NCBI GenBank assembly: GCA_038153405.1
Contig: JAYOYH010000002.1
Location: 32,001 to 96,000, forward strand
Length of the DNA: 64,000 nt
DNA from: Gemmatimonadota bacterium
Lineage (GTDB): Bacteria > Latescibacterota > UBA2968 > UBA8231
Direction of reading: 5' to 3'
Shown: piece by piece, positions 26,125 through 36,420 of the stretch
Position numbering within the stretch: the stretch's first letter is position 1
Layout: each line of letters starts with the position of its first letter
Notes under the pieces: model-generated
Seen by the model: only the letters and a program-made list of their open reading frames with translations
The model's database searches: none
Told to the model about the DNA's origin: nothing
Made by a program: the position numbers and the translations under genes

Positions 26125-27390
26125 ATGACCCATACATTTCTACACTTTGCCGACCTGCACTTAGGCGTGGAGAACTACGGTCGGGTGGATCCGACAACGG
26201 GTCTGCACTCGCGCATCGAAGACTTTTCGCGCAGCTTGAGCATCGCCTTTGACTTTGCCATCGAGGAAGAGGTCGACCTAGTCGTCTTTGCCGGCGATGC
26301 CTACAAGACCTGCGATCCCAGCCCCACTCACCAGAGTACCTTCGCACGTCAACTTCGCCGTCTGCAGCAGGCCTCGATTCCCATCGTGCTCATCGTCGGC
26401 AACCACGACACGCCGGCCGCCTTTGGCAAGGCGACGTCTATCGATATTTTCGGCGCGTTGGAATTGGACAATACCCACGTCGTGCGCCGCCCAGAGTTAC
26501 TTATGCTCGACACGCGCCACGGGCCCATACAGGTGGCAGGACTGCCCTGGCCCACGCGCAATATGCTGCGCACACACGACGAGTATAAGCATCTATCGCA
26601 AGAAGATCTCAGTGCGCATATACAGGCCATTTGCGCCGCGCAAATCGATGAATTCGCCCGCTCGCTCGATCCCGATATACCGGCGATCTTAACGGCGCAT
26701 ATCGCAACAGCTGACGCCACCTATTCGGGCAGTGAACGCACCGCCCTGATCGGACAAGACCCCACGTTGCTGACCAGCACGCTGGCCAATCCCGCATTCG
26801 ACTACGTAGCCCTAGGCCACATTCACAAATTCCAAGACGTACACAGGGGCGCAGCGCCGCCCGTCGTCTACTCGGGCAGCATAGAGCGCATCGACTTTGG
26901 TGAAGAGCGCGAAGAAAAGGGATTCTGTATCGGCAGCATCGAACCCACTGACGGCACGGCGCGCGGGCGCACGACGCACTTCGAGTTTGTTCCCGTCCCC
27001 GCGCGCCGCTTTGTAACAATTGAAGTAGACCTTGTCGATGGCATGCCGCCCACCGAGCAAATCGCCAACGCCATCGCCAAAACCGATATCGCCGACGCGG
27101 TCGTTCGCATCCTGTATAATATGCCGACCAGCACGGAAGAGCCCGTCGATCTCGAGCGAGTGCGCCGGGCGCTGGACGCGGCCTTCTACGTTGCCTCGAT
27201 CCAACCGCGCCTACTGCCCAGAGAGCGCCCGCGCCGCGCCGCCATCACCGAAGACCTCGCCCTGAGCGATGCACTTGGACGCTATATCGATAACAACGAC
27301 CATCTCAGCGAGCGCCGTGAAGAACTGCTCAAGCGCGCCCGCGAGTTGGAGCGCGAGTTGGAGCTCAACTCAACAGAGGGAACGCCGTGA
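26125..27390 (+). CDS. sbcD: Nuclease SbcCD subunit D (Mre11 family)
   Basis: FADLHLG, AGD, GNHD, ALGHIH, YSGS. Confidence 0.93.
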   Translation: MTHTFLHFADLHLGVENYGRVDPTTGLHSRIEDFSRSLSIAFDFAIEEEVDLVVFAGDAYKTCDPSPTHQSTFARQLRRLQQASIPIVLIVGNHDTPAAFGKATSIDIFGALELDNTHVVRRPELLMLDTRHGPIQVAGLPWPTRNMLRTHDEYKHLSQEDLSAHIQAICAAQIDEFARSLDPDIPAILTAHIATADATYSGSERTALIGQDPTLLTSTLANPAFDYVALGHIHKFQDVHRGAAPPVVYSGSIERIDFGEEREEKGFCIGSIEPTDGTARGRTTHFEFVPVPARRFVTIEVDLVDGMPPTEQIANAIAKTDIADAVVRILYNMPTSTEEPVDLERVRRALDAAFYVASIQPRLLPRERPRRAAITEDLALSDALGRYIDNNDHLSERREELLKRARELERELELNSTEGTP

Positions 27391-30300
27391 TTCCCGTATC
27401 CCTTTCGCTGCGCAACTTTCTGAGCTATGGCGAACAGGTGCCCACACTCGACTTCACCCAGTTTCGCGTTGCTTGCCTCAGCGGAGACAACGGACACGGC
27501 AAGTCGGCCATTCTCGACGCAATGACCTACGCCCTGTGGGGCGAAGCCCGCAAGAGCCAGCACGATCGCAAACCCGACGAAGGCCTGCTGCGCATCGGCG
27601 CCAGCGAGATGAGGGTGGAGTTTTGCTTCGAGTTGGACGAACAGCGCTTTCGCGTCTTGCGCAGCTACCGCAGGCGTGGCAACAGGGGCTCGGCACAGCT
27701 CGAATTACAGGTTTACGACGCCGGCGATCAAGTATACCGCTCGCTGTCGGAGGGCGACTCGCTTACCCGCACCCAAGAGCGCATCAACCAGTTGCTCAGC
27801 ATCGACTATGAGACCTTTGTCAACTCGGCTTTTATCGTGCAGGGCCGCGCGGACGCCTTTACGGAAAAGAGCGCGCGCCAGCGCAAAGATATCCTGGCCC
27901 AAATCCTCGGCTTAGAGCGCTACGATCGCCTGCAGGCCCTTGCCCGCAGCCGCTTTCAAGCGCTCGACCAGCGCAACCGCGAGCGCACGAGGCGCCTGTC
28001 CGAACTGGATGCCGAACTCGGCGAAAGCGCGCAACACGCGCGCGAACTCGGCGAAGTTACACAGCGTTTGGAGCAGCTCGTCGCGGTATTAGAAAAGCGC
28101 GATGCCGATCTGGAATCGCTGCGCCAGAAGCAGCAGAGCCTGCAGAGCGCCAGAGAGAATCAGCAGTCGAGCGAACGCGAGCGCGGCGAACTAGCCCAAC
28201 GCTTATTGCAACTGGCCAAGGAAAGAAACCACCTAGAAAAGCAACAGCGCGACGACGCAGAATTGCTTAAGGCTGAGCAGGACATACAGCGCGACTTTTC
28301 TAACTACCAAAAGCTACAGCTTCGGGTGGTTGAATTCGATCGCGCCATGCATGCACTGCGCGGTCTGGAAACGCGCCGTGGCGACGTGCGCGCGCACATC
28401 ACCGCAGCGCGCCACGAAGTGGAACAGCGCCACCAAACCCATGCTGCGCTGCGCGACGACTACGAAAGACAGTTGGGCGAAATAAGAGAGCTACTGGCCA
28501 AGGAAGACCAGGTTCAGCAGACCTTCAACCAACTGCAGAGCCTGCGCAAAAAATCCCAGCAGTTAGAGAACCAGCGCGTGCGCCACGAAGCACTACGCCA
28601 CGAGCACGTGCAGTTGGAACACGCCATTGCCATGCAGCGCCAGGACATCGGCAACCAGCGCAGCCACATCCAAAAGCAGCTAGTGCAGTTGAGCGCGACA
28701 ACGGCCGAAGGGAGTGCTCTTAACAGCCAGCTACATCAGCTAGAGAGCGACGTGAGCACCCTGCAATTACAGGCGGCTGAGCGCGATCGTCTGAAGGAGC
28801 GCGGCAGCGCGCTGCGCGCGCAGATTGACGAACAGCGCAAGCAGTTGGCTCAAGCGCAGCGCACCTTGGAAGCCGAACGCCAGAGCACGGCAGAGGCCAA
28901 GACCCGCGCCGAAGATCGCTGTCCTCTATGCGGCAGCGCGCTCGATGAAGCACACCGCAAGCAGTTAGACGAGGAACTCGAACGCGTAGAGCGCGAACAG
29001 GAAAGTCGCATTGCCGAGTTAGCGACATCGGCTGACCAGCTCGAGCAGGAATTGGACGGCATGCGCTCAACCTACCGATCGCTGGAAGAGCAAACCGCGC
29101 CGCTAGAGACCCGGCGCACCGAGCTAAACGAATGCCGCCTCCGCCTACAGCAGCTCGACCAGCAACGGCGCGAAGCGCAGGCCCTCGACGCAGCGATCGC
29201 CGCGCTGAGCAGCCAGCTAGAGCAGTGCGCTGCCGCTGAGCGAACACGTCTACAGCAGGTCGAAGAGGAGCTAGTGGCGCTGTCGTATAGCGCAGAGGAT
29301 CATGCGGATCTGCAGCGAATCGTTGAGGAGATGCGCCAGTCTGAACTCGACCACGCGCGCCTGCAGAACGCCCGTGCCCAGGCGGACGAATTGGTGCGCC
29401 AGCGCGACGAAGCCAACAAAAAAATGGAGGCTGCCCAGCAGTATCTTCTCGACAAACGCTACGCCAAGGCAGAGCAAGAGCAGCTGGCTGAACTAGAGCG
29501 CGAAATAGCCTCCCTCGCCTACGACGGCGATGCCCACGCCCAGTTGCGCAAAGACCTAGACGCGCTGAGCGAAGTTTTCACGCTGCAAAACAACCTACAG
29601 GCAGCACGCGAACGGCGCGCGGGCACCAGCGAGGCACTCAACCGCACCGCGCAGCAAGTCTTGGAGTTAAACGAGCGCAGCGACCAGCTTGAGGAGGGAC
29701 TTCGCGCAGCACAGCGCACTATTGAAGAACTCTCTCCAGTAGATCAGCAACTGACACAGCTGGCGCAACAGCAGGCGACAGAGCGCCAGCAGCGCGACGC
29801 GCTCATTGAGCAGCGGGGCTCGTTGCGCACCCTCTGCGAACGCGAGGAACGGCTAGCCCAAGAGCGCCAAACCATGCAGCGGGAAATGCAGGGCGATCGC
29901 GATGACACTTGGCTCTACCAATCCCTCGACGAAGCTTTCGGCAAAGACGGTATTCAGGCGCTCATTATCGAAAGCGCCGTCCCGCAAATTGAAAGCGAAG
30001 CCAACGCTCTGCTAGCTCGCCTGACCGACAACCGGATACAAATATCAATCGAGTCTCTCCGCGACTTGAAAACAGGCGGCACGCGCGAAACGCTGGACAT
30101 AAAAATAGCCGATGAGCTAGGGGAGCGCCCCTACCATCTCTACTCGGGCGGCGAGGCGTTCCGCACCAATTTTGCCCTGCGCATCGCCCTTTCCAAAGTA
30201 TTGGCGATCCGCGCCGGCACCCAACTGCGCACGCTCGTCATCGATGAAGGGTTTGGCACGCAGGACACCGCAGGCATAGAACAGCTCGTCGAGGCCATCC

Positions 30301-30437
30301 AGGAAATAAGCCGCGATTTCGACAAGGTGCTGATCGTGACCCATCTGCCCGAGCTTAAAAAAGTTTTCCCCGTGCAGATCGAAGTCGTAAAACACCCGGA
30401 TATCGGCTCGCGTTTCACCTTGATCGACAACAGCTGA
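27387..30437 (+). CDS. sbcC: Nuclease SbcCD subunit C (Rad50 family SMC ATPase)
   Basis: GDNGHGKS, coiled coils, CPLCG Zn hook, YSGGE, IDEGFG. Confidence 0.94.
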   Translation: MIPVSLSLRNFLSYGEQVPTLDFTQFRVACLSGDNGHGKSAILDAMTYALWGEARKSQHDRKPDEGLLRIGASEMRVEFCFELDEQRFRVLRSYRRRGNRGSAQLELQVYDAGDQVYRSLSEGDSLTRTQERINQLLSIDYETFVNSAFIVQGRADAFTEKSARQRKDILAQILGLERYDRLQALARSRFQALDQRNRERTRRLSELDAELGESAQHARELGEVTQRLEQLVAVLEKRDADLESLRQKQQSLQSARENQQSSERERGELAQRLLQLAKERNHLEKQQRDDAELLKAEQDIQRDFSNYQKLQLRVVEFDRAMHALRGLETRRGDVRAHITAARHEVEQRHQTHAALRDDYERQLGEIRELLAKEDQVQQTFNQLQSLRKKSQQLENQRVRHEALRHEHVQLEHAIAMQRQDIGNQRSHIQKQLVQLSATTAEGSALNSQLHQLESDVSTLQLQAAERDRLKERGSALRAQIDEQRKQLAQAQRTLEAERQSTAEAKTRAEDRCPLCGSALDEAHRKQLDEELERVEREQESRIAELATSADQLEQELDGMRSTYRSLEEQTAPLETRRTELNECRLRLQQLDQQRREAQALDAAIAALSSQLEQCAAAERTRLQQVEEELVALSYSAEDHADLQRIVEEMRQSELDHARLQNARAQADELVRQRDEANKKMEAAQQYLLDKRYAKAEQEQLAELEREIASLAYDGDAHAQLRKDLDALSEVFTLQNNLQAARERRAGTSEALNRTAQQVLELNERSDQLEEGLRAAQRTIEELSPVDQQLTQLAQQQATERQQRDALIEQRGSLRTLCEREERLAQERQTMQREMQGDRDDTWLYQSLDEAFGKDGIQALIIESAVPQIESEANALLARLTDNRIQISIESLRDLKTGGTRETLDIKIADELGERPYHLYSGGEAFRTNFALRIALSKVLAIRAGTQLRTLVIDEGFGTQDTAGIEQLVEAIQEISRDFDKVLIVTHLPELKKVFPVQIEVVKHPDIGSRFTLIDNS

Positions 30438-30478
30438 CACCCTTTACCAAAACACTAGTAACTTATTGGAGGAACCGC

Positions 30479-31528
30479 TTGACCACGCACGCGCTGCGCG
30501 ATGTTCTAACAGAAGAAGGAGGCCGGTGGGAAGAGCAGGTTGCCGAGGCACCGGCACCGCGCGACTACGGCGATCCCATTGCCGAATACACAGCCGCGGC
30601 GCAGGGCGCTGCCCTGCACTACGGTGGCCACTGGGGACGCCTGCTATTGGGCGGAGCAGACCATCTCGATTTTCTCCACCGCATGACCACCAACGATTTT
30701 ATCGGGCTGCAAAATGGACATGGCCTGCAGGCCGTATTTACGGAGAGCCGCGGGCGCATCGTCGACTTCGGCGCGTTCTATCGCAGGCAAGAGCACACCC
30801 TTGCTATTGTCAGCCCCGCGGCGCGTCAGACAATTCCCGCTTGGCTCGATCGATTTATTTTCTCTGAAGACATGACCATTGACGACATCGGCGAATCGAC
30901 TTCGATGTTCGACGTCATTGGCCCCGACGCACTTTCCACCGCACGCCGCGCGCTGGACCTACCCGCAGAACCGTCTGCGCCGCATCAGCTCATCGATTGC
31001 CCTTCCCAGCCTTCTCTGTGGATCGCCGCACTAGCCAGCCCCTCTGCGGGTCTGCGTCTACTGGGCGAACCGGACGGACTGGCCGTGCTCTGGCGCGCCC
31101 TGCGCGAAGCCGGTGCCCACCCCATCGGCGAAGAGGCGTGGAACGTGCGCCGCATCGAACTCGGCATTCCACTAGCCAACGGCGAGCTAAACGACGAGCA
31201 CAATCCCTGGGAAGCCGGCCTGGGCGATGCAATACACATGAATAAGGGATGCTATATAGGCCAAGAAGTCATCGCCCGCTTGGACACGTACGACAAAATC
31301 AAACAGCACTTGGTCGGCCTTGCCGTCTCTGCGGAGGCCCCCCCACCTCCCGGCACCCAACTGCTCAGCGAGAGGGCCGCCGTCGGCACGGTGACGTCGA
31401 GCGCGCTTTCGCCGACCTTGGGCACGATCGCCCTAGGCTATGTACGCCGAGCCCATGCCGCACCCGGCACACAGCTCTCTCTGGCCGATGGCAACGGCAC
31501 GTGCATCGTGCAGTCGCTACCATTCTGA
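30479..31528 (+). CDS. Folate-binding YgfZ/GcvT-family protein
   Basis: KGCYIGQEVIAR motif, GcvT C-terminal GTVTS...LGYV. Confidence 0.88.
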   Translation: MTTHALRDVLTEEGGRWEEQVAEAPAPRDYGDPIAEYTAAAQGAALHYGGHWGRLLLGGADHLDFLHRMTTNDFIGLQNGHGLQAVFTESRGRIVDFGAFYRRQEHTLAIVSPAARQTIPAWLDRFIFSEDMTIDDIGESTSMFDVIGPDALSTARRALDLPAEPSAPHQLIDCPSQPSLWIAALASPSAGLRLLGEPDGLAVLWRALREAGAHPIGEEAWNVRRIELGIPLANGELNDEHNPWEAGLGDAIHMNKGCYIGQEVIARLDTYDKIKQHLVGLAVSAEAPPPPGTQLLSERAAVGTVTSSALSPTLGTIALGYVRRAHAAPGTQLSLADGNGTCIVQSLPF

Positions 31529-31533
31529 CTGCG

Positions 31534-32619
31534 ATGCAGACCCACGCGCCCAAAGAGCATCGGCGCAAAATTCTCTACCTGCACGTCAATAACCTAGCCG
31601 TGTGCAGCGCTCAGCATCAATCCGAGCGCTGGAATACCCATCCCTGCATCGTCGCCGATCGTATCGTGCGCGCCGCATCGCCGGCCGCTCAACGGCTGGG
31701 CATAGAACAGGGCATGCAGCGCAGCCAAGCCCTCCGCATCGCCCCACGCGTCGAATGCATCGGTCCTGCGACCGACATTAGCGCTGATCTAGGCGGGCAA
31801 TTGGAAGCCATCTTGCTCGAGTACACCGACCTCGTAGAAGCCAAGTCTCCCTGCGAGTACTTCCTCGATATCACCTATAACAAGATGGACATACCCATCG
31901 GTTTGCGCGCCGCACAGCTGCTGCGCGGCGACCTAAGCCGCGAGTTGGCGCTTGATACGACAATGGCGTTAGCGCCGAACAAACTACTCGCTCAAATGGT
32001 CCATAAAACCGGCGATGGGCGTCCTATATACGTGCTAGAAAGAGACGAAGTAGAGGCTTTCCTAGCCGACAAACCCATCGATCTTCTACCAGGTGTAGGT
32101 GCGAAGATACGGCACCGGCTGCACGCCCTTCGCATTGAGCACATTGGCCAGCTCGCCCAGGCCGACCTGAGCGAACTCCAGGCCCACTGCGGGCATTTAG
32201 CCTCAAAGCTACACCGGGGTGCGCGCGGCATCGATCACGCACCGGTCGCTCCGCATGTTGATGCCGCTTTTCTCTCGGCCGACATCCACTTACCCGTCCC
32301 CCTTTACGACATGAGAGAGATCTGTGCCGCCCTGCGTGCCCCCGTTGAGGATCTGGTAGGCCGCTTGCGCCGGCGCCCCATGCGCAGTCGCCATATCAGC
32401 GTGCAGATATGGCCAAACAACGGCCGCACCGACGCCTTCGAACGCGAGTTATCACACGATTCCAATCGCGCAGAGGCGCTCTTAGAAGCTATCGCCCAAT
32501 GCGTCGAACAGGCCCCCGCACGGGCGGCAGGTATGCGCGGCTGCCGCATAGAAATCCACCCACATAGCGACAAAGCATCAAGACAGCTCGACCTGTTCAC
32601 CTCTTCCAACGCACCGTAA
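31534..32619 (+). CDS. Y-family (DinB-like) polymerase homolog with degenerate active site
   Basis: AASPAA..GI..GM, EYFLDIT, APNKLLA, LPGVG; C-terminal QLDLF clamp motif. Confidence 0.82.
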   Translation: MQTHAPKEHRRKILYLHVNNLAVCSAQHQSERWNTHPCIVADRIVRAASPAAQRLGIEQGMQRSQALRIAPRVECIGPATDISADLGGQLEAILLEYTDLVEAKSPCEYFLDITYNKMDIPIGLRAAQLLRGDLSRELALDTTMALAPNKLLAQMVHKTGDGRPIYVLERDEVEAFLADKPIDLLPGVGAKIRHRLHALRIEHIGQLAQADLSELQAHCGHLASKLHRGARGIDHAPVAPHVDAAFLSADIHLPVPLYDMREICAALRAPVEDLVGRLRRRPMRSRHISVQIWPNNGRTDAFERELSHDSNRAEALLEAIAQCVEQAPARAAGMRGCRIEIHPHSDKASRQLDLFTSSNAP

Positions 32620-32625
32620 AAACGC

Positions 32626-32661
32626 GCGAGGGGACAGCGCCGCTAAGCGCTGCCCCCTCGC
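32626..32661 (-). terminator. Hairpin between convergent operons
   Basis: GCGAGGGGACAGCGC/GCGCTGCCCCCTCGC; GCGTTTTT follows on the minus strand. Confidence 0.6.
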
Positions 32662-32689
32662 CAACTGCCACCTTTCCAACCGAGCCCAC

Positions 32690-32911
32690 TCAGGACAGCG
32701 AACAGGCTCCCGGACCGCGTGGATCGCCGCAGCTGCCGCAGGGAGCACCGGTGCTTACGGCTGTCGCCACGCCGGCTCCCACGGCAAAACCCGACAGCTT
32801 TTTCGCGAGTTTCACGCTGTCGCAGTGGGGACAAGCGGGCCGTTGCTCTCCCTGAACGAGCACCTCGAACTCGCTCTTACAGTTGCGACAGGCGTATTCG
32901 AATATGGGCAT
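32690..32911 (-). CDS. FmdB-family Zn-ribbon protein
   Basis: MPIFEYACRNC...CPHC, C-terminal CGSC...C. Confidence 0.9.
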   Translation of the reverse strand: MPIFEYACRNCKSEFEVLVQGEQRPACPHCDSVKLAKKLSGFAVGAGVATAVSTGAPCGSCGDPRGPGACSLS

Positions 32912-32923
32912 ATGCGATCTCTC

Positions 32924-33445
32924 CTATGCGTGCAGCGATTTCTGGTATAGACCAACGCTGTAAAACTCGTACGAAGCGGCCTTGTCCGGGAAGTCCATCA
33001 CGTGCACCGTAAAGCGCGAAGGCACGCCGTTATCGGGCATCTGCTCGGCAAAGAACGTGCTGTAAGCTTGAGCATACTCCTTGTATATGCGCTGCTGCTC
33101 TTCGTGGAAGCGCAGCGGTTCAGCCATCGGATTGATGTCCTTGGGCTGCGCACCAAAGGCGTGCACCTCAATAAAGTCGATCTGGGTGAGCGATTGGCAA
33201 ATCTCGGCTTCCTGCAGCCACTTTTCCCAGCAGCGAAATACCATTTCAACTTCTTGCAGCGGCTCCATCCGCACCAACTCTTCCCGCCCCAGCACGCCCT
33301 TGGCAGAATAGCCGCCCGTCAGCCCAGCGAAGTATATTTTGAGGTCTCCGCCGCCAATGTCCTCCGTCACCAGAGCCGACAGGGTCGGTCGCTCCCCACC
33401 GTAATAGTAGGTAAGGCGGCCGCGCTTCTTTACTTGAAATGCCAT
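32924..33445 (-). CDS. Hypothetical protein, remote RidA/YjgF-like
   Basis: IYFAGLTG, EVEMVF..W..WL.EA, Y.TFF...PSRFTV.V..FP....YEF pattern. Confidence 0.6.
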   Translation of the reverse strand: MAFQVKKRGRLTYYYGGERPTLSALVTEDIGGGDLKIYFAGLTGGYSAKGVLGREELVRMEPLQEVEMVFRCWEKWLQEAEICQSLTQIDFIEVHAFGAQPKDINPMAEPLRFHEEQQRIYKEYAQAYSTFFAEQMPDNGVPSRFTVHVMDFPDKAASYEFYSVGLYQKSLHA

Positions 33446-33458
33446 GCGTGTTCTCCCG

Positions 33459-36332
33459 TTAGTTGAGTGCGTCTACTAATACCTCAGCCCAGTGGCGCGC
33501 CTTGCGCCCAGTAAAATCGGCAATTTGGTGGCGACACGAGGTGCCCACTGCCACCACCTCGACATCGTCTGCAGCGGCATCGATCACGTCAAAAAGACGC
33601 TGCTGACCAACCTGGCGCGAAACGTCGTAATGTTCTTTTTCATAGCCAAAGCTACCGGCCATGCCGCAGCAGCCCGAAGCAATTTCCTCCACCTCAAAAT
33701 GAGTCGGCAGACTGAGGACTTCCAGCGTTGCGGCAGTGCCAATCAGTGCCTTTTGATGGCAGTGTCCGTGCAGCAGCAGCTTGCGCGCAAGGGGCTTGAA
33801 CTCCAGATCTAAATCGCCGGCGCGCGCGCGCGCAGCGAGGAATTCTTCCAGCATAAACACGCTGTCGGCCAAGCGCTGCGCCCCATCGCCGGCGACTAGG
33901 TCGCAGTAGTCGTCGCGCAGGGTCAGGATGCAGCTCGGTTCGATGCCGATAATGGGGATGCCGCGCTCGACGTAGGGCAGCAGCGCGGCAATATTGGCCT
34001 GTGCATGCGCCCGCGCCTGTTCGAGGAACCCCTTGGATATGAGAGGACGGCCGCAGCACACCTTGTTCTCTACCAACACCACTTCGTAGCCAGCGCGCTC
34101 GAGTAACACCGTAGCAGCTGCGGCAATCTGCGGCTCCTCGTACTCGGCAAAGGTATCGTTAAAGAGGACGACCTGCCCTTTGTCGGCGTCACCCGCAGCG
34201 GTGCGCTTGGCAAACCAGCGCGAGAAGGGCTCGGAGACAAAGCGCGGCAGCCTGCGACGCCGGTCGATCCCCAGAAATCGGTCGAGAAACCATCGGCTCA
34301 GCGCACTGCCCGCTATCCAATTGGAAAGCGGAGCCAGCGCCGAGCCAATACGCGCAAAACGCGCTATATATCCGAACAGGTAGGACCGCAGCGGATAGCC
34401 GTGTTCGCGGTGATAATGCGCCAGGTATTCGTATTTCAACTTAGCCATATCGACATTGGACGGGCATTCTGCCTTGCAGGCCTTACACTCGAGGCACAGG
34501 TCCATGACCTGATGCACTTGCTCACCCAGCAGACCGCCAGCCATCGAGCCATTTAACGCGGCGCGCAGCGCATTGGCCCTCCCGCGCGTCGAATGCTCTT
34601 CGTCGAGGGTGGCCATGTAGGAAGGACACATCGTGCCGACTAGTTTTTTGCGACATTGGCCCACGCCCGAGCACAGCTCAACTGCTTCCTGGAATCCCCC
34701 TTCGGCATCAAAGTGAAAAAAGGTCTCCATCTTTTGCGTTGTATAGCCCTGACCATAGCGCAAGTTCTCGTCCATGCGCGGCGCGCGCACAATCTTGCCG
34801 GGATTCATCATGCCGCGCGGGTCAAAGGCGTCTTTGGTCTCGGCCAACAGCTCGACAATGCGCGGACCAAACATCTTGGGGATCCACTCGCTGCGCGCTA
34901 GCCCATCGCCGTGCTCTGCCGACATGGCGCCCCCGTATTCCAGCGCCATATCGCTCATCTCATCTTCTAAAGCGCGCAGTATGGCAATACCCTCGGGCTT
35001 TTTGAGGTTGAGAATGGGGCGGATGTGCAAAACGCCCACGCTGCAGTGACCATAGTAGCACGCATCCACTCCGTGGCGTGCCATGGCCTGCTGCACGCGG
35101 CGCACGAATTCGGGCAGATGCTCGGGAGGCACGCAGGTATCCTCGACGCCAGACGTAGGCTTGGCCTCGCCCTTCATTCCCATCAACAGCCCCAGACCCG
35201 CTTTGCGCAGCGCCCACATATTGGCCTGTTCAGCCGGCGTCAGCGCGCGGGTAAAGGCGTAGCCCATGCCCTTTTCGCGCAGGCGCACCTCCAGTTGGTC
35301 CATTTTATCGGACAGTTCGGTCGCTGTGTCGGCGTAGTATTCGACAAAGAGCAAGGCCTGCGGATCGCCCTGCAGAAAGCGGCGGCGCGGTGCGTGCTCG
35401 ATAGAGGCACCGGTCAAGTCGAGCAACAGTTTATCCGTCAACTCGACTGAGGCTGGCCCCGTTTCCAACGCTATGATATTGGCCTCTAACGACTCGTTAA
35501 GATCGTTGAAGTGCGCGGCAACAAGCCCCTTATGGGGCGGCAGGGGCACCAAGTTTAGCTTAGCTTCCACCACCGTGCACAGCGTTCCCTCGGAACCGAC
35601 GACGATTTTGCTCAGGTCAAAGGGACGGGTTTCGTCGGCAAATTCGTCGAGGTTATACCCCGATACGCGGCGCATGACCGCGGGGAAGCGCGCGCGAATC
35701 TCGTCGGCGTTATCGAGCGCCACCGCGCGCACGCGCCGATAAACTTCGCCTTCGAGATCGTCGCGCGCCGCTTTTTCGGCGTACGCAGTCGCCTCCAGCG
35801 GCCCCATATCCACCGCACTGGCATCGGCCAGCACCGCCCGGAGGCCGAGGACGTGATCGATGGTCTTGCCGTAGATCACCGAGCGTGCTCCGCACGAGTT
35901 GTTGCCGATCATACCGCCGATATTGGCGCGACTGCTCGTCGATACATCGGGCCCAAACAGCAGGCCGTGCGGGCGCAGGAACTCATTTAATTCGTCGAGC
36001 ACCACCCCGGGCTGCACGCGCACCCAGCGCTCCTCAACGTTCAGCTCGAGAATCTCGTTCATATACTTGGAGAAGTCGACGTGCACCGAAGCCCCAACCG
36101 ACTGACCGGCCAGACTCGTGCCACCGCCGCGCGGCAGAATGGACACGCCGTGCTGGGATGCCCACCGAACGAGTTCCACTACATCGGCCTCGTCGCGCGG
36201 AATGACGAGCCCGAGAGGTTCCATCTCGTAAATGCTGGCATCGGTTCGGTACAGCATGCGCGCCACGTCGTCAAAACGCACCTCGCCGCGTAGGCTATCG
36301 CACAGAGATTGGGTTAAATCGGCCGTTATCAA
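33459..36332 (-). CDS. FAD- and Fe-S-binding oxidoreductase (YdiJ-like, GlcD+GlcF fusion)
   Basis: PRGGGTSLAGQ, GSEGTL, EHGDG, CLECKACKAECP, CCG domains. Confidence 0.92.
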   Translation of the reverse strand: MITADLTQSLCDSLRGEVRFDDVARMLYRTDASIYEMEPLGLVIPRDEADVVELVRWASQHGVSILPRGGGTSLAGQSVGASVHVDFSKYMNEILELNVEERWVRVQPGVVLDELNEFLRPHGLLFGPDVSTSSRANIGGMIGNNSCGARSVIYGKTIDHVLGLRAVLADASAVDMGPLEATAYAEKAARDDLEGEVYRRVRAVALDNADEIRARFPAVMRRVSGYNLDEFADETRPFDLSKIVVGSEGTLCTVVEAKLNLVPLPPHKGLVAAHFNDLNESLEANIIALETGPASVELTDKLLLDLTGASIEHAPRRRFLQGDPQALLFVEYYADTATELSDKMDQLEVRLREKGMGYAFTRALTPAEQANMWALRKAGLGLLMGMKGEAKPTSGVEDTCVPPEHLPEFVRRVQQAMARHGVDACYYGHCSVGVLHIRPILNLKKPEGIAILRALEDEMSDMALEYGGAMSAEHGDGLARSEWIPKMFGPRIVELLAETKDAFDPRGMMNPGKIVRAPRMDENLRYGQGYTTQKMETFFHFDAEGGFQEAVELCSGVGQCRKKLVGTMCPSYMATLDEEHSTRGRANALRAALNGSMAGGLLGEQVHQVMDLCLECKACKAECPSNVDMAKLKYEYLAHYHREHGYPLRSYLFGYIARFARIGSALAPLSNWIAGSALSRWFLDRFLGIDRRRRLPRFVSEPFSRWFAKRTAAGDADKGQVVLFNDTFAEYEEPQIAAAATVLLERAGYEVVLVENKVCCGRPLISKGFLEQARAHAQANIAALLPYVERGIPIIGIEPSCILTLRDDYCDLVAGDGAQRLADSVFMLEEFLAARARAGDLDLEFKPLARKLLLHGHCHQKALIGTAATLEVLSLPTHFEVEEIASGCCGMAGSFGYEKEHYDVSRQVGQQRLFDVIDAAADDVEVVAVGTSCRHQIADFTGRKARHWAEVLVDALN

Positions 36333-36391
36333 TCGACGTATAATCCTCTGAAAATCATCATGTTAAGTTTTTATTTATGCCTCGCGAGGAG

Positions 36392-36420
36392 AATGTACTG
36401 CCCATTGCCGAGAGCGTCAA
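36392..36420 (-). promoter_or_regulatory. Promoter of the oxidoreductase operon
   Basis: TTGACG-17 bp-TACATT. Confidence 0.6.

Noticed and set aside
27387..30437. SMC-like gene as a Wadjet or Lamassu defence system
   Set aside because: Zn hook and adjacent Mre11-type SbcD identify housekeeping SbcCD; no jet or lmu partners
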